DNA of 64,000 nucleotides, from positions 352,001 through 416,000 of the forward strand of contig JBPOFY010000003.1 in the NCBI GenBank assembly GCA_051252375.1, given 5' to 3'. Within the stretch, counting starts at the first letter, position 1. Every line of letters starts with the position of its first letter. The stretch comes from Opitutaceae bacterium (GTDB lineage Bacteria; Verrucomicrobiota; Verrucomicrobiia; Opitutales; Coraliomargaritaceae). Below, piece after piece: positions 18,399 to 28,527 of the stretch. The notes below the pieces were generated by a model, which was not told the origin of the DNA, made no database searches, and saw only the letters and a program-made list of their open reading frames with translations. The position numbers were made by a program, and so were the translations under genes.

Positions 18399-20163
18399 TG
18401 AATTGTGACTTGGGTTCTTTACGTGCGATGAGTCTTAGAATGAATCCGATCAATACGACGAAGCCGCCGCAGATTAGGATGAGTATTCTGTCGGAGAGTT
18501 CATTGGGGATTGCTAGTAACAGCAAGGTGAGTGTGCCGTAGGCGAGACAGAGATTGCCTAAGACCATGTGTTGGCGTTTGTCACCTTCGTAGTCTGGTTC
18601 ATGCTCTGTTACTCGATCGATTGGGGTGTTCATTTCGTCGAAGAAATCATTCACTCGTTCTCGGTATTCAGGTTTTGCTTTTTTGTAGAACAGCATGCTG
18701 AAGAAGAACCAGATGTTGCAGGCTAGGAAGATGGAACCAGTCGTCAGTGCGATGTTGATATCGCCTATCTCGCGAGCATTGAGTGGCGTCTCTTGACCCC
18801 ATATACCTTGGAGGAAGTCCGCGTCGATTGTGAGGCGGCACGCAACCGAAACAATAAAGCCGGCAACCATCGTGCTCCAACCGGTCCATTCCGGTGTGCG
18901 CTTGATAAACATGCCATAGGTGAGTGGCATCGCGGTGGGTAGTCCGATTGAGGCGGTGGCCAGCAGGATCAAGTCAAAGAGTTCGAGCGACTTGACGTCT
19001 TTGAATAGCAGAGCCACGGCGATCCAGATGGCTCCGTAAATTAAGATAAAGATTCGACCGACCAAAATCTGCTTAGCTTCGGTTGCCTTTGGGTTGACGA
19101 TCTGGATATAGAAATTTCGAACGAAAGTGCCTGAGTAGACGTTGAGCAGACTGTTCATCGAGGTGAGGCTAGCCGCAAAAATACCGCAGACCAATAGCCC
19201 TAGTAGACCCTGTGGTAGGAGCTCCATTGCGATGGCGACGTAGGCAGCCTCGTTTGGATTGTTTAGTCGTGAGAACTGCTCGCTAAGATCAGGGAAAAGG
19301 ACAGCCGAACCGAGAGCAGGGATCATCCAGATGGGTGCGAGAATAAGGAATCCAGCGATCGAGATGCAGACCGCTTTGCGAGCATCGATGCCGTCTTTGA
19401 CGAAAACGTAGCGAGCCGCACCAGTGAGCATACTATTCATCATCGTGATTTGATTGATCAGCAGCGTTACCGAGAAGAAGACGATGACCCAAGGGCGGGC
19501 GAACTGCGTCCATTGAAAGTGCTTCTCTGGTAGTTTTTCGAGGAGGCCACTGAAGCCACCAATGGAATCGTGATTCAAGGTAAGCACGGCCATGCTGATC
19601 GTGATGGTGAGCACTACCAGCATCTGCACGAAGTCGCCGGCAGTCGCAGCCCAGGAACCACCGAAGAGGGTCATTGAAATCATCACGAGGCCAAGAGCGA
19701 TGATGATCACGGTCATGTTTACATCGAAGACCCCAGCCATAAAGACCGAGACGGTGTAGAGCATGACGCCACCCATGAAGCTTTGGAAAACGATCGGCAG
19801 CCAAGTATAGACCTGTTCGCTCGTCTTGCCGTAGCGTTTGCGGATGCCTTCCACTGCAGTCACGACACGCATCTGTCGGAACTTTGCCGCGGTGAACAGT
19901 AAGCAGACAATGAGGGCAAAAATATTACAAATGAAGAGGATTAGGAAAAAGGTCCCCGTCTCATAAGCTTTGGCTGCGCCACCAGTAAACGACCAAGCCG
20001 AGAAGGTCGTCATAAATGCACTACAGCCGACGACCCACCAAAGCATACCGCCGCCGCCACGGAAGAAGTCGCTCGCGGTCTTACTGAAGCTCTTGTAGAT
20101 GGGCCCCAGCGAAAACATGAACGCGAGGTAGACACCTATCACGATGTAGTCGAAAATAGTCAT
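18391..20163 (-). CDS. Sodium:solute symporter (SSS family), close paralogue of 13116..14903
   Basis: Long near-identical peptide blocks shared with the other symporter (LGPIYKSFSK, DFFRGGGGMLWWVVG, EMNTPIDR.TEHEPDYE). Confidence 0.88.
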   Translation of the reverse strand: MTIFDYIVIGVYLAFMFSLGPIYKSFSKTASDFFRGGGGMLWWVVGCSAFMTTFSAWSFTGGAAKAYETGTFFLILFICNIFALIVCLLFTAAKFRQMRVVTAVEGIRKRYGKTSEQVYTWLPIVFQSFMGGVMLYTVSVFMAGVFDVNMTVIIIALGLVMISMTLFGGSWAATAGDFVQMLVVLTITISMAVLTLNHDSIGGFSGLLEKLPEKHFQWTQFARPWVIVFFSVTLLINQITMMNSMLTGAARYVFVKDGIDARKAVCISIAGFLILAPIWMIPALGSAVLFPDLSEQFSRLNNPNEAAYVAIAMELLPQGLLGLLVCGIFAASLTSMNSLLNVYSGTFVRNFYIQIVNPKATEAKQILVGRIFILIYGAIWIAVALLFKDVKSLELFDLILLATASIGLPTAMPLTYGMFIKRTPEWTGWSTMVAGFIVSVACRLTIDADFLQGIWGQETPLNAREIGDINIALTTGSIFLACNIWFFFSMLFYKKAKPEYRERVNDFFDEMNTPIDRVTEHEPDYEGDKRQHMVLGNLCLAYGTLTLLLLAIPNELSDRILILICGGFVVLIGFILRLIARKEPKSQFND

Positions 20164-20236
20164 AGTATGGATGGTTTGCGAATAAGCTTAGTCAATCACT
20201 GTCGATTCAAGAGTTGTAGGGCATGTGTGTTGACAC

Positions 20237-20259
20237 AAAAAAATGGACGTATTCCGTCC
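20237..20259 (-). terminator. Putative intrinsic terminator
   Basis: Minus strand GGACG-GAATA-CGTCC-ATTTTTTT downstream of 20353..21063. Confidence 0.45.
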
Positions 20260-20352
20260 CTAGTTTTGTCAATAGTGAGGTGATTGATGTAATTACGTTC
20301 GTCACTCACTGTCGCGCAATTTACTAGAAGGCTGTAATGGTGGCAGATTGAA

Positions 20353-21063
20353 TTAGTCTTTAATGATGCGACTAGTGATGCGTTTATTTTTGAGATCTGA
20401 ATAGATGACAATAGTATAACGAATTCGATCAAGGTAACGCATGCGTGTTTGAAAGACACTATTCTCAGTGCCATCTTCGAAGTAAATAATGTCAGTTTGT
20501 GCCATGTTCATCTCATTAATATCTTTTACTTTTGACATTTCGGCCCGGCCCCAAGCAGCCACGGGAATACTGTGTTCTCCGGCGCTCACTAATGCAGCGT
20601 GTGGAGTTATGTTGATGATTCTGGTATGCCCCAGCTTGTAAGTGTCGGTGTTCATGTCTAATGCTTGAACGATGTATTTTGCCGTGCTCTGATCGCTGCC
20701 TTCCATCAGGGATTTTGGAATGAAGAGCAGGGCTGTTTTTTCATTTGAATCATTCCAGTCGAATGAAGCGATTTGTTTAAACTTCGGTTTTCCTCGTTTA
20801 TCGAGGCCGTCAGCGATGCCAAAGAGTAGTTTTCCCTCCACGATCGGACCGCTGAAGGCTTTAGAGTAGTTAAATTCGCGGAGTGAAAGCTGGCCAACTG
20901 ACTGTAGCTTTGCATCCAGAATTTCTAGCTTCTTGATGCCATTTTCTAGGCCGATTGCTAAGGCTTTTATTCGTGGGCTTTCTTGGGCACCATGTGCTGC
21001 CACTGAGGTGAACCACAGGCTTAAGAGTATCGTCAGTGCATACTGTGCGTATTGTTTGATCAT
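20353..21063 (-). CDS. Secreted hypothetical protein, partner of the PilX-like gene; paralogue of 21154..21897
   Basis: Signal peptide; shares LEILD..LQS.GQL.LRE, GHT.I.N.TP and QTR.RYLDR.RY with its neighbour. Confidence 0.7.
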   Translation of the reverse strand: MIKQYAQYALTILLSLWFTSVAAHGAQESPRIKALAIGLENGIKKLEILDAKLQSVGQLSLREFNYSKAFSGPIVEGKLLFGIADGLDKRGKPKFKQIASFDWNDSNEKTALLFIPKSLMEGSDQSTAKYIVQALDMNTDTYKLGHTRIINITPHAALVSAGEHSIPVAAWGRAEMSKVKDINEMNMAQTDIIYFEDGTENSVFQTRMRYLDRIRYTIVIYSDLKNKRITSRIIKD

Positions 21064-21153
21064 ATGGTGTCGGAGTAAGTTTGTTGGCTGAATGTGTGTG
21101 CGTGTGAGGAGAATGCCCCTATTGATGCCTTAGTTTAGCTAACTTGCCATCGC

Positions 21154-21897
21154 TTAATAAAGCTTTCCGAAGTCCTTGATGATGTTCACTGCGACCCGTT
21201 TATTTTTAATATCCGGATAGATCAATGTTATGTAGCGAACACGGTCTAAGTAGCGGATACGAGTTTGATGAGCGGTGTGCACCTTATCGTTGAATATATA
21301 ATACACTTCTATTTGCGCCATGTTCAGTTCCGTGACGTCGTTTATTTTGGATAAGTTAGCACTTCCCCATGCCGCAACTTTTTCCTTATGTTCTCCCATG
21401 CGGACCATTGTGTTTAATGGGGTGAAATTTAAGATTTTGGTGTGGCCAAACTTAAATGTAGATGGGCTCATATCCAGTAACTGGATTCCGTAATCATTGG
21501 TATTTTGACTTTTGCCAACCAGACTCTTGGGGACAAAGATCAAGCAGGTTTGTCTCATGGAATTACTCCACTTTACCGAAGCGACTTGCCTGAAAAGGGG
21601 CTTTCCTTCTTCATCGATTCCGTTCGGAACCCCAAAGATCAATTTTCCCTCGACGATGGGGCAGGTGAATTCCTCAGAAAAAGCTTGTTCGCGGAGAGCC
21701 AGCTGACCTATGGATTGCAGGCTTCCGTCAAGAATTTCCAAAGTTTTAAGGTTATTCTCCAAGCCAATCGTCAATGCTCGCAGTCGCGGGACTTCAACGG
21801 ATTCTGGTTCAGATGGTGTTTGGCTCTGGGCTGTTGCAGTAGTGATCCAGAGGCTTAATACTGCTGTCAGAGCGAAGTGAGTGTATCGTTTTATCAT
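21154..21897 (-). CDS. Secreted hypothetical protein, partner of the PilX-like gene
   Basis: Signal peptide MIKRYTHFALTAVLSLWITTATAQ; tandem paralogue directly downstream of 21925..25851. Confidence 0.7.
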   Translation of the reverse strand: MIKRYTHFALTAVLSLWITTATAQSQTPSEPESVEVPRLRALTIGLENNLKTLEILDGSLQSIGQLALREQAFSEEFTCPIVEGKLIFGVPNGIDEEGKPLFRQVASVKWSNSMRQTCLIFVPKSLVGKSQNTNDYGIQLLDMSPSTFKFGHTKILNFTPLNTMVRMGEHKEKVAAWGSANLSKINDVTELNMAQIEVYYIFNDKVHTAHQTRIRYLDRVRYITLIYPDIKNKRVAVNIIKDFGKLY

Positions 21898-21924
21898 GTA
21901 GATTTCACTAGAAAGTGGGGTGGG

Positions 21925-24900
21925 TTAAACGTCACTGGGATTTAGCCAGTTTAGCTGAACAATTTTGAACTTTCGACCGAAGCGCTCATTGGTTTCACTA
22001 AGACCGTCAGGTGCAATGGTCGTCTTGTTGGTGTCGAAGTAGGGTTCTTGTGCTGAGTCGACGTAGTCCGGGATGCGTTGGACGACTGCTTCGCATAGGC
22101 TTTTTGCAGAAACATTTCCCGTGAAAGGGTCAAGCACCTCACCATAAGCGCGAATGACAAATGTATCCGAACGTGCCGAAAGCCTAGGTCCGATTTGTTG
22201 CAGTATATCGGCTTGGCTGAGGTGGCTGGTTACACCCCTCGCTGTGTTGCCGGCAATTGCGGTCGTGTTTTCAATCATCGAAAAGTCGTTGTTTAGGATA
22301 TGACTCTGGACGTCTCCTGAGATATCTTCACCCGCGGCATTATTTAATGGTGTGTTGATTGTGCTGTTCGTCGCAATTGCGGTATCGATGACCCCACTTT
22401 GCGTTCTTACGTCGGTATCATTTCCTAGCCTGCGGTTAATAAAGTCTGCTAGTGAAAGGAAAGGTCCACGGTAGCGAATTTGATCGACGATATCTTCAGC
22501 TAATTGATCGAGAATCGTTTCATCGAGTTGTCTGTAGCCCTGCCAGATAGCGAAATCTTCTGCAGTGGGTAAGTTTCCAGCAGATCCGGTGTCTCCTAGT
22601 GATGCTTCTAGAGATTTATTGTAGTTGGGGATCCGGAAGCGGGAATAGACTGCAGCTAAGTCTGTTGAGTTGGGAGTAAATGCAATGGGACTCGAAGTGC
22701 TGCTCTCTGGGTTATAGTAGAATGGCTGTCTGACTAGGGTGCTTGCGATATTCGTGGTCGCGAGAATAGCTTTCCATGCATCGACAGACGTCGAGTTGAT
22801 GTTGAAGCTGCCATCTAGTGTTTGGTAGGCAGCCGCTTTAAGGTAAGCATCCGTCTGCACGGTGGATCCATTGCTCAAGTCTGCCGTTGCGCTAGCAATA
22901 TCACTTTCTGCTGGGAGGTGGTGTTTGAGGGTTGGATTTGGTAATGAACCGTTTGCGAAGAAGTTGGTGACTGTAGTGCCATAATCATCACCGGAGCTGT
23001 CCATAATGGAGCGTTGATCTGTAAGCGTTGAGAAGTAGTAGCTATCCCAAAGACGAGTATTCGCGAGGTAAGAATGATCGAAGAACCCGTGATTGATGCC
23101 TCCCTTAGATTGTGCGTTCAGCTTTAGTGCGTCCTTACTATCGATAAGTGGGTGTGCTAAAGAGTTGCCGACGACATGGCTGACTTGTGGCAAATAGCCA
23201 CTTGCAGCGACGTTTGCATGTTGGAGGCTGCCGATTGATTGTAGCGGGGAGACCGGTACTTCAAACAGAGTGCCATACTGAGTGCCTTCGATGGTATCGT
23301 AACCACTAAAAAACCGACCTCGATTGTCTGAATCGATCGTCGGTGATACGCCACCGTTGCCATCTGCCACAATGGAAAGGTCATAGCTGGTGAACGCTGA
23401 CGATTCTTCGCCGACGTCAAAATGTCCGGACAATACACTGGTATTGGTGAAGGCGGAGGCCACAGCTGGTTGAAAGGGCTTCCCTGAGGTGCGATCAGTG
23501 ACCTTGCCGCCGAGCCTTAAGGCACCAATGGTATAGGGGATGACGTTGGCGACGGTTGCGTTATCTCTAGTGTAAGGTGGGGTATCAATATCAGTATACG
23601 CCATGCTATCAACGGCGGAAACCTCAAGATCTTGATCGAGAGGACGCGCTGCATCCAGTCGGTCTTTTCTTAGTGTATAGCTGGAGCCCTTGTCGAAGCC
23701 ATCGTTGTAGTCGAAAGTATAGCGTCCAATCATGTTGGCACTGTCGGAGCCATCACTTGTATTGTCTGCCATACCAGGATCTTGACTGAACATTTCGATC
23801 GAAAATGTTCCATTTCGCTCCAGCGTGGAGCTGTCTTGTCCTTTTCTTTGCGGGTTTTGAGTCCCATCGGCGTAGCCTAATTCAACCTTAATGGTATCGT
23901 TTTCGTTAATAAAAACATACCACATATTAAAGGTTGGGTTGCTGGCAGTAGCCGAGAGGTTATTTCCCCTAAGATTGATGGATTCGTTGTTTCTTTTGCC
24001 ATCTGGTACGAAAGCATCGAAGTAGAGACCGACTCCTTCAGAGTAACCCGGCGTTGCCTCAATTTTTCCGTTTTCTTCACTCGTCCAGTTGTCGAGCTCT
24101 TGTATTTTTTTTGATGTACTGTAGACTGGGGAATAAACGATGGACTCTCCTGGTGCCAATGTTGTGGTGCGTTGACGGCGGTTGCCTGTGGTTAGTCTCA
24201 TGCTAAAGCGCTGGCTGCCATCAGCAGCAAATTTAACATTGTTACCGCCTTTGGAATTCATGGCGGCGAATGGTATAAATTCGTCAGTCATGCGAATTTC
24301 AGTTCCTGTCAGATGATCTTCACGAGAGAGTCGCATACCAAGCGGCATATCTCTAAAGACGACCCACATATCACCATACTCGATGGGGACGCTATATGGA
24401 TTGTAGAGTGTAATGATGGGAGCGACGCATAGATGAAGCTGTCGGGCATCAGAGCCCTCATATAAAGGTCTAATCGTAGGGTCGGCATCATTACGTAAAA
24501 AAGGCGCATGAGGCACTAGAGCCAAGAATGAGAAGTAGACCTCAAACTGTCCTACGGCGGGCGCCAGGCGATAGGTGCTGGGAGCTGGGAAGGGGAGATC
24601 AATGTCGGCGCGGGTGCTGATGTTTCCTGTCCACTCAGTGGTATTCATGAGCGCGATAGGAGGGGCGCCTGCTGCGCCAGCCTTTAGTCGTGTATTGTCT
24701 TTGTAGAGTCCAATGTAATCCAGCATTGCGGACCAACGTGGGTCCGCGTTTGGGTTCCCGGTGTGTCCAGTGTTCGTGTCTGAATAGAGGAACCTGTTCA
24801 TGTAATCGGCCGGTTTTTCTTCGGCTAGGGTAGAGAGGTCGCGTTTTAAGCCGCCGTTGACGACATCCGCCATGACTCCTTTGGAGTAAAGTGATAGATC

Positions 24901-25851
24901 ATGATAAAACGGACCAAACGTATCGGCAGCTACCGAGCCATTGATCGGATCATTCATATACATGCTAGCAGTTGCAAAACTGGAGACTTTTCCGCTAGCA
25001 GAGTTGCTTCTGTCAAAATCCGTAAATTCGTTACTTGTGCCCATCGCTTCAATGCCGACATTGCCCGAATTGTCCCATGCTTGTATCGCTTCGGTACTGG
25101 TGGGGCTTGTATTGTCGGCCAACTGATGGGACTGATTGATCCGCGCTTTGACACTTTCATCAAGAACCACCCAACCGATACGGGCGTTCGTTGTGCCGCT
25201 GCCACCCGATGAAATATTCTGAAGGGGGGCCCAAATTTCTTTTCTTGCTAAGCTAGCGTTTAAGGTGCCCGGAGTGTCGGGTTGTAAGGTTCCGCTTCCC
25301 AGTGCTTTGAAACTGTTTCCGCTGCTGGCACTGCTGTAATATGTTTCTGTGGCGAAATCTAAGTCGCTAGGGTCGTTCGTGCCGTCAGCACGATCTAGCA
25401 CTCTATCACTTGAGATGAGCCAGCGTCGAAAGCCACCTGTGACACGTGCGTTGTAGTCGATGGTGTCGCCGACAGCCCATTGATTCGCAATACGATCCGC
25501 TACGCTGTCTGCCTCGTAGTCTCCTGATGTATCCCATGCCCCAACTAGGTAGGGGTGTGCGACTGCCATGCTGTTGTCGTTTGTGAGTGTTCCCGAATTG
25601 TCAAAAATGTCGGCATTTGCCGAGATTCGCTGGTCTGGCCCCATCTCAGCTTGTAAGGTTCCTAGGGCTTGGTTGAGCGCGAGCAAGGCATTTTGTTTTG
25701 CTTCTAGCTGCGCTTTACCAGTGGCGGCACCTTGTTGTTCTACTTGCACTAGTGTCGTAATAGACAGCAATAAGAGCAGAACAAACGCCATCAATGATAA
25801 GGCAATAATAAGTGCAAAACCTGAATTTTGGGTAGGGGATTTTTGATGCAT
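21925..25851 (-). CDS. Large PilX/GspK-like N-terminal protein (Verru_Chthon cassette protein A-like)
   Basis: Prepilin-like G|FALIIALSLMAFVLLLLLS (no Glu5), GPDQRISANA, DESVKARIN, FNINSTSVDAWKA, RGPFLSLADFINRRL, RSDTFVIRAYG, FGRKFKIV. Confidence 0.75.
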   Translation of the reverse strand: MHQKSPTQNSGFALIIALSLMAFVLLLLLSITTLVQVEQQGAATGKAQLEAKQNALLALNQALGTLQAEMGPDQRISANADIFDNSGTLTNDNSMAVAHPYLVGAWDTSGDYEADSVADRIANQWAVGDTIDYNARVTGGFRRWLISSDRVLDRADGTNDPSDLDFATETYYSSASSGNSFKALGSGTLQPDTPGTLNASLARKEIWAPLQNISSGGSGTTNARIGWVVLDESVKARINQSHQLADNTSPTSTEAIQAWDNSGNVGIEAMGTSNEFTDFDRSNSASGKVSSFATASMYMNDPINGSVAADTFGPFYHDLSLYSKGVMADVVNGGLKRDLSTLAEEKPADYMNRFLYSDTNTGHTGNPNADPRWSAMLDYIGLYKDNTRLKAGAAGAPPIALMNTTEWTGNISTRADIDLPFPAPSTYRLAPAVGQFEVYFSFLALVPHAPFLRNDADPTIRPLYEGSDARQLHLCVAPIITLYNPYSVPIEYGDMWVVFRDMPLGMRLSREDHLTGTEIRMTDEFIPFAAMNSKGGNNVKFAADGSQRFSMRLTTGNRRQRTTTLAPGESIVYSPVYSTSKKIQELDNWTSEENGKIEATPGYSEGVGLYFDAFVPDGKRNNESINLRGNNLSATASNPTFNMWYVFINENDTIKVELGYADGTQNPQRKGQDSSTLERNGTFSIEMFSQDPGMADNTSDGSDSANMIGRYTFDYNDGFDKGSSYTLRKDRLDAARPLDQDLEVSAVDSMAYTDIDTPPYTRDNATVANVIPYTIGALRLGGKVTDRTSGKPFQPAVASAFTNTSVLSGHFDVGEESSAFTSYDLSIVADGNGGVSPTIDSDNRGRFFSGYDTIEGTQYGTLFEVPVSPLQSIGSLQHANVAASGYLPQVSHVVGNSLAHPLIDSKDALKLNAQSKGGINHGFFDHSYLANTRLWDSYYFSTLTDQRSIMDSSGDDYGTTVTNFFANGSLPNPTLKHHLPAESDIASATADLSNGSTVQTDAYLKAAAYQTLDGSFNINSTSVDAWKAILATTNIASTLVRQPFYYNPESSTSSPIAFTPNSTDLAAVYSRFRIPNYNKSLEASLGDTGSAGNLPTAEDFAIWQGYRQLDETILDQLAEDIVDQIRYRGPFLSLADFINRRLGNDTDVRTQSGVIDTAIATNSTINTPLNNAAGEDISGDVQSHILNNDFSMIENTTAIAGNTARGVTSHLSQADILQQIGPRLSARSDTFVIRAYGEVLDPFTGNVSAKSLCEAVVQRIPDYVDSAQEPYFDTNKTTIAPDGLSETNERFGRKFKIVQLNWLNPSDV

Positions 25852-25928
25852 CAACTTGGCGGTAGGGGGTTAAAAAATGTAGCTACCATATATCGTGGAA
25901 ATGCTGGTATATGTCGCTGGGGTGTTGG

Positions 25929-25942
25929 TTTTCACTGGTAAC
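25929..25942. promoter_or_regulatory. Putative operator, motif TTWCACTGGWAA (copy 3)
   Basis: TTTTCACTGGTAAC about 80 bp upstream of the PilX-like gene. Confidence 0.5.
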
Positions 25943-26199
25943 TAAACACTATTACTTATTGGACTGTGTTTTGGCAATTTTGTTCGTCGTTTTTTTACTG
26001 CTAGGGGTGTTAATACTGTCATGCGATATTGGAATAATACAAGAGTGATCTACCGAGGGGCAAATCGCCCGCAACTATCGGCTATTAATTGACTTATCGT
26101 CGAACAATTGAGTTTTCGCGAGACGACTGGTGTGGAGTCGTGGGGGACTTGTTTGAGATCGTTTCACGTGATTAAATCTTTGTTGAACACCTGACCATA

Positions 26200-26215
26200 G
26201 CTTTCCATGGAAAGC
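26200..26215. promoter_or_regulatory. Perfect 16-bp palindrome in a divergent intergenic region
   Basis: GCTTTCCATGGAAAGC is self-complementary. Confidence 0.35.
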
Positions 26216-26460
26216 GGGTGGTTGTTCGTGCGATTATTTGCATCGTCGTAACCCTTAATGTGTGCCGCATTGTTGCCTCGAACTCGTTTTGACCTCTTTA
26301 ATTCTATTGTCGTTTATTGTTCGATCATACGCATACATGTTTCATTTAGTCGCACCGTTTTCTATTTTTAATCGATAGTGACTGCGTGACTATTTAATTA
26401 AGCCTGCGATATTTAGCACTATATCGACTGGTCCTCAGGGAATATGGATAACAATAAGAT

Positions 26461-27834
26461 ATGAGCACAGAAGATTCTAAGGAACGTTTTTATGATGTGA
26501 TCGTCGTCGGCGGGGGCATCTCTGGTGCGATGGCGGCAATTGCTGCAGCACGTGGCGGGGCGAAGACATTGGTCGTTGAGCAATACGGTTTTCTCGGCGG
26601 TATGCTGACGGCTGCGGGTGTAGGTCCGATGATGACCTTTCATGCGGGGGATCAACAGGTGATTCAAGGCACGACCGGAGAGTTGATCGATCGTCTGGTT
26701 GAAAAGAAGCAGTCGCCGGGGCACGTTTTTGATACAACAGGATTTACCTACACAGTGACGCCTTTTGATGTAGAAGGCATGAAGCGGGAGCTTGAGCTTA
26801 TGTTGACCGAAGCGGGCGGCGAAATGCTCTATCACGCGATGCTAGCATCCGTGCAAACCGATGGAGATAAAGTTGAATCAATTACGGTATGCACGAAATC
26901 GGGTCTGATGGATCTGCGCGCAAAGGTTTTCGTCGACGCGACGGGCGATGCCGATCTTGCGGAGCATGCAGGCGTCGCGTGCACTAAAGGTCGTGAGTCC
27001 GACGGTGCTTGTCAGCCGATGACGATGAAGATGCGTATGATGAACGTCGACCTCGATGAGGTGCGCAGCTACATTAAAGCTCACCCCGAAGAATTTCCGC
27101 GTTTGAAGGGCGATACGAGTATCATTGATCGTTCTTCGCGTATTTCAATCGGTGGCTTTGTGAAGACCTTGCAGAAAGGTCGCGAGGCGGGTGACTTTAC
27201 TTTTCCGCGCGAGGATATTTTGTTTTTTGAGGCGAACTCGGCTGGCGAGGTGATCGTGAATACGACACGTATTCTTGGTTATGATTCGAATGATCCATGG
27301 AGTTTCAGTCAGGCTGAGATGGAGGGCCGCAGGCAGGCGCGCGAGGTAGAATGCTTCCTTAAAAAATGGGTCCCTGGTTTTAAGAATTCTGTTTTGGTTT
27401 ACACTGGTCCCCAGATCGGTGTGCGCAGTTCTCGCCAAATTATAGGAGTCTATACACTGACCGGACAGGACGTGATCGAGCGTCGCCGTTTTTCGGATAC
27501 GATTGCTCACACGGGCTATCCAATTGATATCCACAGCCCGACTGGTGCAGGCACCGAACACGTCGAGCCAGAGTGGGGCAGCTTTTGCGATATTCCGTAT
27601 CGTTGCCTCGTGAACGACCAAGTTAAAAATATGGTGACCGTGGGTCGTTGCATCTCTGTTGATTTTGAGGCGCAAGCAGGTGTTCGCACGACACCGACAA
27701 TGGGTGCCGTTGGTCAGGCTGGTGGCCTCGCCGCAGCCATAGCAGTTCGCTCGAACCAAGCGGCGAAAGACATCGATGTGCGACAACTACAGGATGAGCT
27801 GCTAAAGCAAGGAAGCTTTCTTTCGTTTGAGTAA
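26461..27834 (+). CDS. FAD-dependent oxidoreductase (FAD_oxidored-type)
   Basis: DVIVVGGGISG, FVDATGDAD, GVRSSRQI, YPIDIH, IPYRCLV, GRCIS, GQAGG. Confidence 0.88.
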   Translation: MSTEDSKERFYDVIVVGGGISGAMAAIAAARGGAKTLVVEQYGFLGGMLTAAGVGPMMTFHAGDQQVIQGTTGELIDRLVEKKQSPGHVFDTTGFTYTVTPFDVEGMKRELELMLTEAGGEMLYHAMLASVQTDGDKVESITVCTKSGLMDLRAKVFVDATGDADLAEHAGVACTKGRESDGACQPMTMKMRMMNVDLDEVRSYIKAHPEEFPRLKGDTSIIDRSSRISIGGFVKTLQKGREAGDFTFPREDILFFEANSAGEVIVNTTRILGYDSNDPWSFSQAEMEGRRQAREVECFLKKWVPGFKNSVLVYTGPQIGVRSSRQIIGVYTLTGQDVIERRRFSDTIAHTGYPIDIHSPTGAGTEHVEPEWGSFCDIPYRCLVNDQVKNMVTVGRCISVDFEAQAGVRTTPTMGAVGQAGGLAAAIAVRSNQAAKDIDVRQLQDELLKQGSFLSFE

Positions 27835-27923
27835 AGTGTAGAATTCAGATGAATGGATGCTTCGTTCAGGGGAAGCATAATTCTGGGGTTTACTAGCGCA
27901 CTTTGCATTTAAATAGGTATTCG

Positions 27924-27994
27924 GGTAGGGTTCGATATCCTTATCGAACCGCCGCTTCACAACTCTCGGCGCGTTAAGGATAACACGCCCTACC
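27924..27994. repeat. GTAG-type REP doublet (REPIN-like) between convergent genes
   Basis: Left GGTAG-GGTTCGATA-TCCT-TATCGAACC; right (minus strand) GGTAG-GGCGTGTTA-TCCT-TAACGCGCC. Confidence 0.7.
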
Positions 27995-28027
27995 ATCTCT
28001 GATAGATCAACATTGTTGCAGAATGCT

Positions 28028-28495
28028 TTAGCGCACGGGTCCGACCACTGCGACTGGGTCAACTAGCATCAGTGCAATCGAGATACAGTAGAGCACTAAG
28101 CCGATGCAAAGTATACTGCCGCCGACGGCGTAGGCGCGTGTCTTAGTGTCACGTCGTTCTAGTGCTTGAGCCAGTGCGTTCTCTTTGTCTTCTGCGACCA
28201 TTGCAGTTACCCAGCGCACGCGCATGACGCGAAGGAATACCCAGATGGCGCTACTTAAGGAAACGAATAATCCGGCGACTAGGAATATCTGAGCCATTAG
28301 GCTACTGCCGGCAATCAAGCGCCCGGAAAATCCTGTTACAGTGACAACCATGCCCGCCAAACTCAGTAGCACTTGTGCGCGCGTGTAAATCACATCGAGT
28401 TGCTTTTGCGCGACGTTGAGTGCGGCTAACAAATCATTGTTTGTTAGTTCAAGAATCGCTTTGGCTTCAGCTAGAGTTGTGGCGGGTATGCTCAT
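28028..28495 (-). CDS. Small hypothetical membrane protein (three hydrophobic segments)
   Basis: 155-aa ORF with three clear TM stretches; no family recognised. Confidence 0.65.
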   Translation of the reverse strand: MSIPATTLAEAKAILELTNNDLLAALNVAQKQLDVIYTRAQVLLSLAGMVVTVTGFSGRLIAGSSLMAQIFLVAGLFVSLSSAIWVFLRVMRVRWVTAMVAEDKENALAQALERRDTKTRAYAVGGSILCIGLVLYCISIALMLVDPVAVVGPVR

Positions 28496-28527
28496 ATTTA
28501 AATACGTTAAACGCGAATTCTGTAAAC

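Noticed and set aside
20230..20272. Inverted TTGACA hexamers as a sigma70 promoter pair
   Set aside because: I found no properly spaced -10 box for the symporter gene; the inner hairpin plus T-run fits a terminator better.
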